DNA from: a candidate division WOR-3 bacterium
GTDB taxonomy: Bacteria > Hydrothermota > Hydrothermia > LBFQ01 > DSFT01
Direction: 5' to 3'
DNA length: 45,191 nt
Assembly: GCA_026986535.1 (NCBI GenBank)
Contig: JALSOK010000060.1
Coordinates: forward strand, 1-45,191
In this document: piece after piece, positions 9,092-17,935 of the stretch
Position numbering within the stretch: position 1 is the stretch's first letter
Layout: every line of letters begins with the position of its first letter
The notes under the pieces: model-generated
Database searches by the model: none
Told to the model about the DNA's origin: nothing
Seen by the model: the letters and a program-made list of their open reading frames with translations, nothing else
Translations under genes and position numbers: made by a program

Positions 9092-9738
9092 TGGGCCAGA
9101 AAGTCAATCCCATAGGTTTCAGGCTTGGAATAAATAAGGACTGGGAGGCCCACTGGTACGCCTCCGATAAGGACTATGCCAGGTATATACAGGAAGACAA
9201 CTTCATAAGGGACTATATCCGGAAGAGGTATCCCAACGGGCAGATTTCGAAGATCGTCATAGACAGGGTTGGAGACAAAATCGTCATCAACATCCACAGT
9301 GCCCGTCCCGGTGTAATAATCGGAAAGGGCGGCCGCGAGGTGGAGCGCCTCAAGAAGGAACTCTCCCAGCACCTCGGCAATAAGAGGATTGCCATCAATG
9401 TTCCCGAGGTTCGCGTTCCCGAACTGGATGCCCAGCTGGTTGCGCAGAACATTGCCCGCCGAATCGAGCAGAGGGCCAATCACAGGCGCGTCATGAAGAG
9501 GGCTGTCGAGGTGGCCATGAAGCTGGGTGCCAAGGGTATAAGGGTGCAGGCCAAGGGAAGGCTGGGAGGGGCTGAAATTGCCCGTAAGGAGTGGTACATA
9601 AAGGGTCGGGTGCCCCTTCAGACCATCCGTGCCGATATAGACTACGGATACGCCACCGCATTTACCACCTACGGAACCATCGGTGTCAAGGTGTGGATAT
9701 ACAAGGGTGACAGGGTGGAAAAGCCCACCATAGAGTAA
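9091..9738 (+). CDS. rpsC: 30S ribosomal protein S3
   Basis: 215 aa. [13 protein letters not shown]... plus a KH domain, typical of S3. Confidence 0.96.
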   Translation: MGQKVNPIGFRLGINKDWEAHWYASDKDYARYIQEDNFIRDYIRKRYPNGQISKIVIDRVGDKIVINIHSARPGVIIGKGGREVERLKKELSQHLGNKRIAINVPEVRVPELDAQLVAQNIARRIEQRANHRRVMKRAVEVAMKLGAKGIRVQAKGRLGGAEIARKEWYIKGRVPLQTIRADIDYGYATAFTTYGTIGVKVWIYKGDRVEKPTIE

Positions 9739-9753
9739 AGGAGGCTGTAGGCC

Positions 9754-10173
9754 ATGATGATGCCCAAGAGGGTGAAGTGGAGAAAACAGCGCCGGGGCAG
9801 AATGAAGGGGAAAGCCAAGGGGGGATGGTATATCGCCTTCGGCGATTATGCCCTTAAGGCACTGGAGCCCGCATGGATTACTGCAAATCAGATAGAAGCC
9901 TGCCGTGTTACGATTGGTCGTAAGATGAAGAAGACCGGAAAGCTGTGGATACGCATATTCCCCGACAAGCCCGTTACCAAGAGACCCGAAGGGACCCGTA
10001 TGGGCGGAGGAAAGGGTAATGTGGACAAGTGGGTGGCTGTGGTCAAGCCCGGAAAGATCCTATTCGAAATCGCGGGAGTTCCCGAGGAAGTTGCCATAGA
10101 AGCCCTGCGGGCTGCCCAGTACAAGCTTCCCATCAGAACCAGGATAGTTAAGAGAAGCGAGGGAGGTGTGTGA
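9754..10173 (+). CDS. rplP: 50S ribosomal protein L16
   Basis: 139 aa. [13 protein letters not shown]... SD AAGGAGG lies 9 nt upstream. Confidence 0.95.
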   Translation: MMMPKRVKWRKQRRGRMKGKAKGGWYIAFGDYALKALEPAWITANQIEACRVTIGRKMKKTGKLWIRIFPDKPVTKRPEGTRMGGGKGNVDKWVAVVKPGKILFEIAGVPEEVAIEALRAAQYKLPIRTRIVKRSEGGV

Positions 10174-10376
10174 TGAAACCGCTGAAGGCAAGGGATCTTC
10201 GGGAGCTTTCCGACGAGGAACTCATACAGAAGTACAGGGAACTGAAGAAGGAGCTCTTCGAAATGAGGATCAAGCACAAATTCGGACAGCTGGAGGACAC
10301 TGCTTCTCTCCGCATAGCCAGGAGGAACATAGCCAGGGTTCTTACAGTATTGAACGAAAGGGGGATCAGGCCATGA
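10170..10376 (+). CDS. rpmC: 50S ribosomal protein L29
   Basis: 68 aa. LRELSDEEL...ELFEMR is typical of L29. Confidence 0.92.
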   Translation: MMKPLKARDLRELSDEELIQKYRELKKELFEMRIKHKFGQLEDTASLRIARRNIARVLTVLNERGIRP

Positions 10377-10621
10377 GAAAGCAGAGAATCGGAGTGGTGG
10401 TTTCCGATAAGATGGACAAAACCCGTGTGGTTGTGGTGGAGCGCTTCAAGAAGCATCCCAAGGTCAGAAAGTACATAAAGGTTCGCAAGAAGTTCTATGC
10501 CCATGACGAGAATAACGAAACCAGAGTGGGCGATGTGGTTTTGATAGAGGAGACGAGGCCCCTTTCCAGGCTCAAGAGGTGGTACATAAAGAAGATTATT
10601 AGAAGGAGCGAAGAGTCATGA
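10373..10621 (+). CDS. rpsQ: 30S ribosomal protein S17
   Basis: 82 aa, starting from the internal ATG of track ORF 10166..10621 ([17 protein letters not shown]...). ATGA overlap with rpmC. Confidence 0.92.
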   Translation: MRKQRIGVVVSDKMDKTRVVVVERFKKHPKVRKYIKVRKKFYAHDENNETRVGDVVLIEETRPLSRLKRWYIKKIIRRSEES

Positions 10622-10998
10622 TTCAGGACTTTACCTGGGTCAGGGTTGCGGACAATAGCGGTGCGCAGGAAGCCATGATAATAAGGGTCCTTAAGGGTTC
10701 CGGTAAGAAGAAGGGAAGGGTTTCTGCCACTGTGGGGGATATAGTGGTTGTGACAGTAAAGAAGGCCATTCCCAACTCCGATATTAAGAAGGGGACAATC
10801 CACAGGGCTGTTGTGGTTCGCACGAAGAAAGAGGTTCGACGCAAGGACGGCTCCTATATAAGATTCGACGATAATGCTGTGGTCCTGATCAACCAGGCCG
10901 GTGAACCCAAGGGAACCAGAATATTCGGACCTGTCGCCAGAGAACTCAGGGACAGAGGATTCATGAGAATCGTTTCCCTTGCTCCGGAGGTGTGGTAA
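10618..10998 (+). CDS. rplN: 50S ribosomal protein L14
   Basis: 126 aa. [16 protein letters not shown]... is typical of L14. Confidence 0.96.
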   Translation: MIQDFTWVRVADNSGAQEAMIIRVLKGSGKKKGRVSATVGDIVVVTVKKAIPNSDIKKGTIHRAVVVRTKKEVRRKDGSYIRFDDNAVVLINQAGEPKGTRIFGPVARELRDRGFMRIVSLAPEVW

Positions 10999-11327
10999 TG
11001 GCTGCCAGGATAAAGAAGGGCGATTATGTGATAGTGATTTCCGGCAGGGATAAGGGAAAGAAGGGTAAGGTCCTGAAGGTCATATACGATGAGAAGACGA
11101 GAAAACCCGTTCGCGTGATCGTCGAGGGTGTCAATATAGTGGTTCGCCACCAGAGATTCGTCTCCGAAAGCAAACCCCACGGCAAGGTGAAGAAGGAGGC
11201 CCCCATTCACATAAGCAATGTGATGCTCATAGACCCCAAGACCGGTGAGCCCACCCGCGTTGGATTCAAAATTGTGGACGGAAAGAAGGTCAGATATGCC
11301 AAGAAGTCAGGGGAGGTGATCGACTGA
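10998..11327 (+). CDS. rplX: 50S ribosomal protein L24
   Basis: 109 aa from the ATG at 10998 (TAATG overlap with rplN). [20 protein letters not shown] is a KOW motif. Confidence 0.92.
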   Translation: MAARIKKGDYVIVISGRDKGKKGKVLKVIYDEKTRKPVRVIVEGVNIVVRHQRFVSESKPHGKVKKEAPIHISNVMLIDPKTGEPTRVGFKIVDGKKVRYAKKSGEVID

Positions 11328-11878
11328 TGGCAAAGGCAAGGCTACAGAAGATATACGAGGAGCAGGTTGTTCCCCGGCTGATGAAGGAGCTGGGATATAA
11401 GAACAGGTACGAAGTTCCTCGAATCATCAAGATTGTGGTTAACTCGGCCCTGGGTGAGGCGGTGGAGGATCCCAAGATCATAGACCTGGCCGCCAGGGAC
11501 CTGGCTTTAATCACCGGGCAGAAGCCGGTAGTTATCCGCTCCAAGAAAGCTGTTGCAGGATTCAAGCTCCGTAAAGGTGTTCCCATTGCCCTCAAGGTGA
11601 CCCTCCGGAAGAACAGGGCTTATGACTTCCTCGACAGGCTCATCAACTTTGCCCTTCCCAGAGTCAGGGATTTTCGGGGTCTGCCCCGGGATAAGTTCGA
11701 CGGGAAGGGAAACTACAACTTTGGAGTCGATGAGCATACCATATTCCCCGAGATAGATATCGATAAGGTCCAGAAGGTCTTCGGTATGGACATTACCATC
11801 GTCACTTCTGCAGAGACGGATGAGGAGGCCTATAAGTTGCTGGAAGCATTTGGCTTTCCATTTGAAAGGAGGGAATAA
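11327..11878 (+). CDS. rplE: 50S ribosomal protein L5
   Basis: 183 aa. L5-like sequence in the expected operon position. Confidence 0.95.
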   Translation: MAKARLQKIYEEQVVPRLMKELGYKNRYEVPRIIKIVVNSALGEAVEDPKIIDLAARDLALITGQKPVVIRSKKAVAGFKLRKGVPIALKVTLRKNRAYDFLDRLINFALPRVRDFRGLPRDKFDGKGNYNFGVDEHTIFPEIDIDKVQKVFGMDITIVTSAETDEEAYKLLEAFGFPFERRE

Positions 11879-11880
11879 GT

Positions 11881-12066
11881 ATGGCAACAAAGGCGCAGAT
11901 AGAGAAGGCAAAGAGGAAACCCAAGTTCAGGACCAGAAAGAGAAACCGCTGTAAGAGGTGCGGCAGGGATCACGGTTATATAAGAAAGTTCGGGCTCTGC
12001 CGTATATGCTTCAGGGAACTGGCCCTCGAGGGCAAGCTGCCCGGAGTGATTAAGGCCAGCTGGTAA
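11881..12066 (+). CDS. rpsN: 30S ribosomal protein S14, zinc-binding type Z
   Basis: 61 aa with CKRCGR...CRIC four-Cys motif. Confidence 0.94.
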   Translation: MATKAQIEKAKRKPKFRTRKRNRCKRCGRDHGYIRKFGLCRICFRELALEGKLPGVIKASW

Positions 12067-12078
12067 GGAGGAACCGCC

Positions 12079-12483
12079 ATGATGACGGATAAGATTGCCG
12101 ATATGCTCATCAGGATCAAGAATGCCCAGATGAGGGGTAAGGAAGAGGTGGAAATCTATCCCTATTCCAAGCTTAAGGAGTCGATACTCGATGTCCTCAA
12201 GAGGGAAGGGTTCATCCTCGATTACCGGGTAATTGACGATGAGAATCCCGCAAAGAGAAAGATCATCGTCAGGCTCAAGTATTATCCGGATGGTTCTCCC
12301 ATGATTACAGATGTTCGCAGGGTTTCCAAGCCCGGAAGGAGGATTTACATGGGATACAGGGATATACCCAGGGTTATGAACGGACTGGGCATTGCCATAG
12401 TCTCCACTTCCAGGGGAATACTCTCGGACAGGGAAGCCAGGAAGATGAAGGTGGGTGGAGAAGTTTTAGCGGAGGTCTGGTAA
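12079..12483 (+). CDS. rpsH: 30S ribosomal protein S8
   Basis: 134 aa. DKIADMLIRIKNA is typical of S8. Confidence 0.95.
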   Translation: MMTDKIADMLIRIKNAQMRGKEEVEIYPYSKLKESILDVLKREGFILDYRVIDDENPAKRKIIVRLKYYPDGSPMITDVRRVSKPGRRIYMGYRDIPRVMNGLGIAIVSTSRGILSDREARKMKVGGEVLAEVW

Positions 12484-12484
12484 T

Positions 12485-13030
12485 ATGTCGAGACTGGCGA
12501 AGAAGCCCATAAGGGTTCCGAAGGAAGTAAATGTGGAGATAGAGGGGACCCGGGTTAAGGTAAAGGGTCCCAAGGGGGAGCTTGAAAAAGTGTTTCACCC
12601 CGATGTGATCATAGACTACGATAAGGAGAAGAATGAGATATGGGTGAGGCGCCTGAGCGATGAGAAGTTCCACAAAGCCATACAGGGAACTGTCTGGAGA
12701 ATCATAAACAATATGATTCAGGGCGTGGTGAAGCCCTACCGCAAGGAGCTCATCGTGGAGGGGACGGGTTACAGGGTTGCTCTTCAGGGAAGGAAACTCG
12801 TTTTCACGGTCGGTTATTCCCACAATCCCGAATACGAAGTTCCTCCGATGGTCGATGTAAAGGTGGAAGGCCAGAACAGGATCATACTCGAATCCCCCGA
12901 CAAGGAAAAGATAGGGATGGTGGCTGCCCAGATAAGGGAAATCAAGCCCCCTGATCCATACAAGGGTAAGGGAATTCGCTATGCCGATGAGCAACTGAAA
13001 CTCAAACCCGGTAAGGCTGGAGCCAAGTAA
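12485..13030 (+). CDS. rplF: 50S ribosomal protein L6
   Basis: 181 aa. MSRLAKKPIRVPKEV... is typical of L6. Confidence 0.95.
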   Translation: MSRLAKKPIRVPKEVNVEIEGTRVKVKGPKGELEKVFHPDVIIDYDKEKNEIWVRRLSDEKFHKAIQGTVWRIINNMIQGVVKPYRKELIVEGTGYRVALQGRKLVFTVGYSHNPEYEVPPMVDVKVEGQNRIILESPDKEKIGMVAAQIREIKPPDPYKGKGIRYADEQLKLKPGKAGAK

Positions 13031-13042
13031 GGAGGTTATGCC

Positions 13043-13441
13043 ATGTCTGTAAGGATCAGGGAAAAGCATCTTGCGAAGGACAGGGCCTTAAAGAGGAGGA
13101 AGAGGCATCTCAGGGTTCGAAGGAAGGTTAAGGGAAGCCCCGAGAGACCCAGGCTGGTGGTCTTCAGAAGCCACAAACACATATACGCTCAGCTGGTTAT
13201 AGATAGTCCCGTTGGACCTGCAATCGTTATAACCGGTGCATCTACCCTTTCTCCCGAAATCCGTGAGGAGCTCAGGGGAAAGACCAAGACCGAAGCCGCA
13301 AAACTGGTGGGACAGCTCATAGCAAAACGTGCTATTGAGAAGGGATACAGGAAGGTTGCTTTTGACCGGGCTGGCTACAGGTACATCGGCAGAGTAAAGG
13401 CCCTTGCAGAGGGAGCCAGAGAGGGAGGACTGGAGTTTTAA
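13043..13441 (+). CDS. rplR: 50S ribosomal protein L18
   Basis: 132 aa. L18 core ([14 protein letters not shown]...[24 protein letters not shown]) with a basic N-terminal extension. Confidence 0.93.
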   Translation: MSVRIREKHLAKDRALKRRKRHLRVRRKVKGSPERPRLVVFRSHKHIYAQLVIDSPVGPAIVITGASTLSPEIREELRGKTKTEAAKLVGQLIAKRAIEKGYRKVAFDRAGYRYIGRVKALAEGAREGGLEF

Positions 13442-13452
13442 GGAGGTTTGCT

Positions 13453-13989
13453 ATGGAAGGCAATTTCACCGAAAAGGTGGTGGTAATCAAGAGAACGGCA
13501 AAGATGAGGGCAGGTGGTCGTACTTTCAGGATGTCCGCCTGGGTGGTTGTGGGGGATGGTGAAGGCAGGGTCGGTATAGGACACGGTAAGGCTGCGGAGG
13601 TTCCCGATGCCATTGCCAAGGCCCTCAGGAAGGCCAGGAAGGATGTCAAGAAGGTTGTGGTGATCAACGGCACCCTGCCCCATCCCATTTATGTTAAGTT
13701 CGGTGCAATCAAGCTTCTTATGAAACCCGCCGCACCCGGAACCGGAATAATCGCTTCTCAGCCTGTGCGTGCTGTTCTGGAGGCTGCGGGGTACAAGAAT
13801 GTTCTCACCAAGGTGCTGGGAAAATCCACGAACCCCGTCAACCTGCTGAAGGCTACCATGGAAGGGCTCCAGATGCTCAAGGATCCCCAGTATGTGATGC
13901 GCAACAGGTTTCCTGAGAAGTACGAGAAGAAGGATGAAGGAGCAAAGGAGGAGGTGAAGGCCAATGAAGAAGCTCAGGATAACGCTTAA
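13453..13989 (+). CDS. rpsE: 30S ribosomal protein S5
   Basis: 178 aa. S5 core with a charged C-terminal tail that overlaps rpmD by 26 nt. Confidence 0.93.
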   Translation: MEGNFTEKVVVIKRTAKMRAGGRTFRMSAWVVVGDGEGRVGIGHGKAAEVPDAIAKALRKARKDVKKVVVINGTLPHPIYVKFGAIKLLMKPAAPGTGIIASQPVRAVLEAAGYKNVLTKVLGKSTNPVNLLKATMEGLQMLKDPQYVMRNRFPEKYEKKDEGAKEEVKANEEAQDNA

Positions 13990-14146
13990 GAGGAGTCTTA
14001 TAGGGATGCACGGGAAGAACAAGAAGATCATCCGCTCCCTCGGTCTGCGGAGAATAAATCAGACTGTTGTTCAGAAGGACACCCCATCCATACGGGGGAT
14101 GATAGAAAAGGTTTCCCAGTATATCGAAGTGGAGGAGATAGAATGA
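13964..14146 (+). CDS. rpmD: 50S ribosomal protein L30
   Basis: 60 aa. MKKLRITLKRSLIG...RGMIEKV is typical of L30. Confidence 0.9.
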   Translation: MKKLRITLKRSLIGMHGKNKKIIRSLGLRRINQTVVQKDTPSIRGMIEKVSQYIEVEEIE

Positions 14147-14592
14147 TTGGGCTTCATAATCTCAGGCCGAAGAAAGGAACGAAGTTTTATAGAAGGAGAG
14201 TTGGAAGGGGTCCCGGCTCCGGCTGGGGAAAGACGGCCGGCAAGGGGCACAAGGGTCAGAAGGCCCGTGCTGGTGGCCCCAAGGAGGTCTGGTTCGAGGG
14301 TGGACAGACACCCATATACAGACGGCTCCCCAAGCGGGGATTCAAGAACCCCTTTGCGAAGGTGTATCAGATTGTCAATCTGGAGAGGATAGAGGAGAAG
14401 TTCTCCGATGGAGAAATCGTGAGCGTACAGACTCTGCTCGAAAGGAGGCTTATTCACTACACAAATGTCCCTGTTAAGATACTCGGAAAAGGCACCCTCA
14501 CGAAGAAGCTTACCTTCAGAGGTATAGCGAAATTTTCCAGAAAAGCTCTGGAGATTATACAGCAGAGCGGAAGCACTATAGAGGAGAGCTGA
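14143..14592 (+). CDS. rplO: 50S ribosomal protein L15
   Basis: 149 aa. GRGPGSGWGKTAGKGHKGQKAR is typical of L15. Confidence 0.94.
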   Translation: MIGLHNLRPKKGTKFYRRRVGRGPGSGWGKTAGKGHKGQKARAGGPKEVWFEGGQTPIYRRLPKRGFKNPFAKVYQIVNLERIEEKFSDGEIVSVQTLLERRLIHYTNVPVKILGKGTLTKKLTFRGIAKFSRKALEIIQQSGSTIEES

Positions 14593-14593
14593 C

Positions 14594-15907
14594 ATGTTTA
14601 ACCAGCCCCAGAATATTTTCCAGATCAAGGAGTTGAGGGACAAGATACTCTTCACTCTCCTCATCATAGCCGTATTCCGTATAGGCACTCATATTCCCGT
14701 TCCCGGTGTGGATGCGGCCGCCCTGGCCAAGTTCTTCGAAAGCATGAGGGGAACCATCTTCGGGGTCTATGACATATTCGTAGGAGGTGCTCTCTCCCGT
14801 GCCTCCATCTTCGCCCTCGGAATAATGCCCTATATATCCGCTTCCATTATCATGCAGCTTCTCTCTGCGGCCCTTCCCAATCTCCAGAGGCTTCAGAAGG
14901 AAGGGGAACACGGAAGGCGGAAGATTAACCAGTACAGCCGGCTTCTGACTGTTCTGGTGGCGGCGGTTCAGGCATTCGGAATAAGCTCTTTCCTCCAGAC
15001 GGTTAAGACTCCGGATGGTCTTCCCATAGTGCCAAATCCGGGGCTGGGCTTCATTCTTACCACAGTTCTGGCTCTGGTTGCTGGAGCCATATTCGTAATG
15101 TGGCTCGGTGAGCTGATAACGGACCACGGTCTGGGGAACGGTGCATCCGTTCTGATTCTCATAGGCAGTCTGGACACGATTCCTCAGGAGATAATGAATG
15201 TCATAAGGCTGGTATCTTCGGGTGCAACCAGCTGGATAAACGCCCTGATCTTTGCGGTGTTCGTTATCCTCATTACTGCTGCTGTTGTCATTGCAACGGA
15301 GGTTCAGAGGAGAATACCCGTCCATTACGCCAAGAGGGTAGTGGGCAGGGGTGTGGTTGGTGGACAGACCACCTATCTGCCCCTGACAGTGAATGCCGCC
15401 GGTGTCATCCCCATCATCTTTGCCCAGAGTATTCTTATATTTCCCCAGACTATAGCCACAGCCATAACCAATCCCACCATCCGCACCTTTCTGCAGATGT
15501 ACTTCCAGCCCGGCACATGGCTCTATGATCTGCTGACTTTTGTTCTGGTCATCTTCTTCGCCTACTTTTACACTTCCGTTGTTATGAATCCCAAGGATAT
15601 AGCGGAAAATCTCCAGAGGTATGGGGGTTTTATTCCTGGAGTGCGTCCCGGTGAGAAGACCGCCGAATACATAGACAGGGTCATGTCCAGAATCCTTCTG
15701 CCTGCGGCCATATTCTTCGGACTCGTGGCCATACTTCCCTATCATGTAACCAAATGGCTGAACATTCCCTTTTACTTCGGAGGGACGAGAATCCTCATTA
15801 TAGTGGGTGTTATTCTGGATCTCGTCAACAGAATAAACTCCTACCTCGTGATGCGCCAGTACGATGCCCTCATCAAGAAGGGTAAGATAAGGGGGTGGAG
15901 AACATGA
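14594..15907 (+). CDS. secY: preprotein translocase subunit SecY
   Basis: 437 aa, multi-TM. SecY blocks and the expected operon position. Confidence 0.95.
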   Translation: MFNQPQNIFQIKELRDKILFTLLIIAVFRIGTHIPVPGVDAAALAKFFESMRGTIFGVYDIFVGGALSRASIFALGIMPYISASIIMQLLSAALPNLQRLQKEGEHGRRKINQYSRLLTVLVAAVQAFGISSFLQTVKTPDGLPIVPNPGLGFILTTVLALVAGAIFVMWLGELITDHGLGNGASVLILIGSLDTIPQEIMNVIRLVSSGATSWINALIFAVFVILITAAVVIATEVQRRIPVHYAKRVVGRGVVGGQTTYLPLTVNAAGVIPIIFAQSILIFPQTIATAITNPTIRTFLQMYFQPGTWLYDLLTFVLVIFFAYFYTSVVMNPKDIAENLQRYGGFIPGVRPGEKTAEYIDRVMSRILLPAAIFFGLVAILPYHVTKWLNIPFYFGGTRILIIVGVILDLVNRINSYLVMRQYDALIKKGKIRGWRT

Positions 15908-16437
15908 AGGTGGTATTCCTCGGTCCTCCCGGCGCCGGTAAGGGAACTCAGGTGGAGATAATCTCTTCCCGCTACAATATTCCCAAGATAGTCATGGGCG
16001 ATATCCTCCGCTCCGAAGTCAATAGGGGGACGGAGCTGGGCAGGGTGGTGAAGCAGTACATGGAGAAGGGGGAGCTGGTGCCCGATGAAATAATACTCCG
16101 CATTATAGAGAAGCACATAAAGGGGCTGGACAGTTTTATTCTCGATGGGTTTCCCCGCACCCTCAATCAGGCGAAGGGGCTGGAGCGGATAACGGAAATA
16201 GACAGGGTTGTTTACATCGATGTCCCCGATGATGAGGTGAAGAGGCGCCTTCTGGCGAGGGGCCGCATGGACGATAAGCCGGAGGTCATAGACAACAGGC
16301 TCAGAGTGTATAAGGAACAAACCCAGCCCCTTATAGATTACTACGAGGGGAAGGGGATACTGGTAAGGGTGGATGGTGTTGGTTCGGTGGAGGAGGTCAC
16401 CGGGCGGATAGAGAAGGCCCTGGGTTTAAGGGGATAG
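15904..16437 (+). CDS. adk: adenylate kinase, short-LID form
   Basis: 177 aa from the ATG at 15904 (ATGA overlap with secY). GPPGAGKGTQ P-loop. The LID is reduced to RGRMDDKPE, with no Zn knuckle. Confidence 0.92.
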   Translation: MKVVFLGPPGAGKGTQVEIISSRYNIPKIVMGDILRSEVNRGTELGRVVKQYMEKGELVPDEIILRIIEKHIKGLDSFILDGFPRTLNQAKGLERITEIDRVVYIDVPDDEVKRRLLARGRMDDKPEVIDNRLRVYKEQTQPLIDYYEGKGILVRVDGVGSVEEVTGRIEKALGLRG

Positions 16438-16453
16438 GGCTCGGTGGCCCGAC

Positions 16454-16462
16454 TTTAAAATT
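16454..16462 (+). promoter_or_regulatory. -10-like box TTTAAAATT
   Basis: 11 nt upstream of the ATG at 16474, in the 36-nt adk/PASTA spacer. Confidence 0.5.
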
Positions 16463-16473
16463 GACCGGACATC

Positions 16474-16995
16474 ATGAATGCCCTTCGGAAAATCTTCTAT
16501 TATCTTCTGGGCCTCGTAATCGTGGGGGCTTTTCTGTTCGTTATCTTCAACTTCTTTTTAATGCCCTGGGTCGTACGGAAGGGGCAGGAAGTAATCGTTC
16601 CCTCCGTGGTTGGCCTGAATGTGGACAGCGCCGCCGCGCTCCTTAAGGACAGGGGACTGGTCCCCATAGTGGATACCCTGATTCCGTCTGCAGATGTTCC
16701 TGCCGGGGCTGTTCTGGAGCAGGATCCTGCTTCCGACTACAGGGTTAAGAAGGGACGCAGGGTTTTTCTGAAGGTCAGCGCCGGCATTACACTGGTTCAG
16801 GTTCCTGATCTCATAGGAAAGCCCAGAGATAAAGCGGAGAGCATCCTCAAGGACCTTGGATTTGAGGTGAAGGTGGAGTATGTGGAGAGCGAAGAATACG
16901 AAAGCGACATAGTGCTGGAAATGTCCCCTCCTCCCGGTAAGGAGATTCCAAAGGGCTCTGTAGTCATCCTGTATGTGAGCAAGGAAATCCTATGA
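16474..16995 (+). CDS. membrane-anchored PASTA-domain protein (two PASTA repeats, no kinase or PBP domain)
   Basis: 173 aa. N-terminal TM helix, then two units of about 65 aa with the PASTA pattern (VPSVVGLNVDSAAALLKDRGL...; VPDLIGKPRDKAESILKDLGF...). Confidence 0.8.
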   Translation: MNALRKIFYYLLGLVIVGAFLFVIFNFFLMPWVVRKGQEVIVPSVVGLNVDSAAALLKDRGLVPIVDTLIPSADVPAGAVLEQDPASDYRVKKGRRVFLKVSAGITLVQVPDLIGKPRDKAESILKDLGFEVKVEYVESEEYESDIVLEMSPPPGKEIPKGSVVILYVSKEIL

Positions 16996-17819
16996 GTTCT
17001 TTCCGACTCCTGTTTTTCGCTCTGGTATCCCTTTTCCTCCTCCATGCCTGCTCTGGTGAAAAGAAGTCCGTTCGGGAGGAAGAGCGTATAGTTTCTCTGG
17101 TTCCCAGTGCCACGGAGACCATTTACCTGCTTGGAGCGCAGGATGTGCTCGCAGGGGTTTCGGACATAGACAGCGCTTACGGGAAACCGGTGGTGGGCAG
17201 TATGATTAAGCCCGATTATGAGAAACTCATTTCCCTCAGGCCCACCCTTGTAATCCTTACCATGCCCATGCAGAGGAAGGTGAAGGAAGAACTCGAGAAA
17301 ATGGGTCTGAAGACCGTGGAAGTGAATCCCGAATCCATCGAACAGATATTCGAATCGATAATAGAGATTGGGAGACTTACCGGACGGGAAGAAAGGGCCC
17401 GATTCGTCGTGGACAGTCTGAGAAAAGAGGTGGAAAGGCTCTTGTCCGGTAAGAAGTATCACTACACTACCTTTGTAGAACTCTGGCTGGATCCCATATA
17501 CACGGCCGGGGACAGCACTTTTATAAACGACATCATTTCCCGAACAGGACTTCGAAATATCTTCTCCGACAGGGCCGGATACTTTCAGGTGCAGCAGGAA
17601 CAGGTGATAAGCAGGAATCCACAGCTCATAATTATCTCTCATCGTAGGGTAAAACCTCCGTGGGAAAGGGAGTTCTGGGAGGAGGTGGATGCGGTGAAAA
17701 ATAGGAGAATCGTATATGTCAATCCCGACCTCTTCAATCGCCCCGGGCCCGGTTTCGTGAGGGCCATGGAGGAACTTCTGGAGAAGCTGGACAGCCTGGA
17801 GAATATTCGCTCCAGGTGA
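16992..17819 (+). CDS. periplasmic binding protein, BtuF/FhuD-like (ABC substrate-binding lipoprotein), orphan
   Basis: 275 aa. Lipobox LLHAC. RIVSLVPSATETIYLLG is typical of the PBP type-8 family. No permease or ATPase nearby. Confidence 0.75.
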   Translation: MSSFRLLFFALVSLFLLHACSGEKKSVREEERIVSLVPSATETIYLLGAQDVLAGVSDIDSAYGKPVVGSMIKPDYEKLISLRPTLVILTMPMQRKVKEELEKMGLKTVEVNPESIEQIFESIIEIGRLTGREERARFVVDSLRKEVERLLSGKKYHYTTFVELWLDPIYTAGDSTFINDIISRTGLRNIFSDRAGYFQVQQEQVISRNPQLIIISHRRVKPPWEREFWEEVDAVKNRRIVYVNPDLFNRPGPGFVRAMEELLEKLDSLENIRSR

Positions 17820-17851
17820 AGGGTCATCGGTGGATTTCTTATCCTGAGTTT

Positions 17852-17922
17852 CTCGAAATTTGTATCAGAACATAGAAGAGAGTTGCTGAGGTTGTTTTTA
17901 CATTCGTGCTCGAAATTCTGTA
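17852..17922 (+). repeat. direct repeat CTCGAAATT(T/CT)GTA x2 in the ttuA-like upstream region
   Basis: Copies at 17852-17864 and 17909-17922. The second overlaps the promoter box. Confidence 0.5.
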
Positions 17923-17928
17923 AAATTT
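17921..17928 (+). promoter_or_regulatory. -10-like box TAAAATTT
   Basis: 7 nt upstream of the ATG at 17936. Confidence 0.5.
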
Positions 17929-17935
17929 GGCTCTT

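Noticed and set aside
10166-10372. Upstream part of track ORF 10166..10621
   Set aside because: It overlaps rpmC in another frame and is not S17-like. S17 starts at the ATG at 10373 (ATGA coupling).
16900-16995. Cobalamin riboswitch in front of the BtuF-like gene
   Set aside because: There is no non-coding space, because the gene start overlaps the PASTA gene stop. No B12-box-like sequence was seen.
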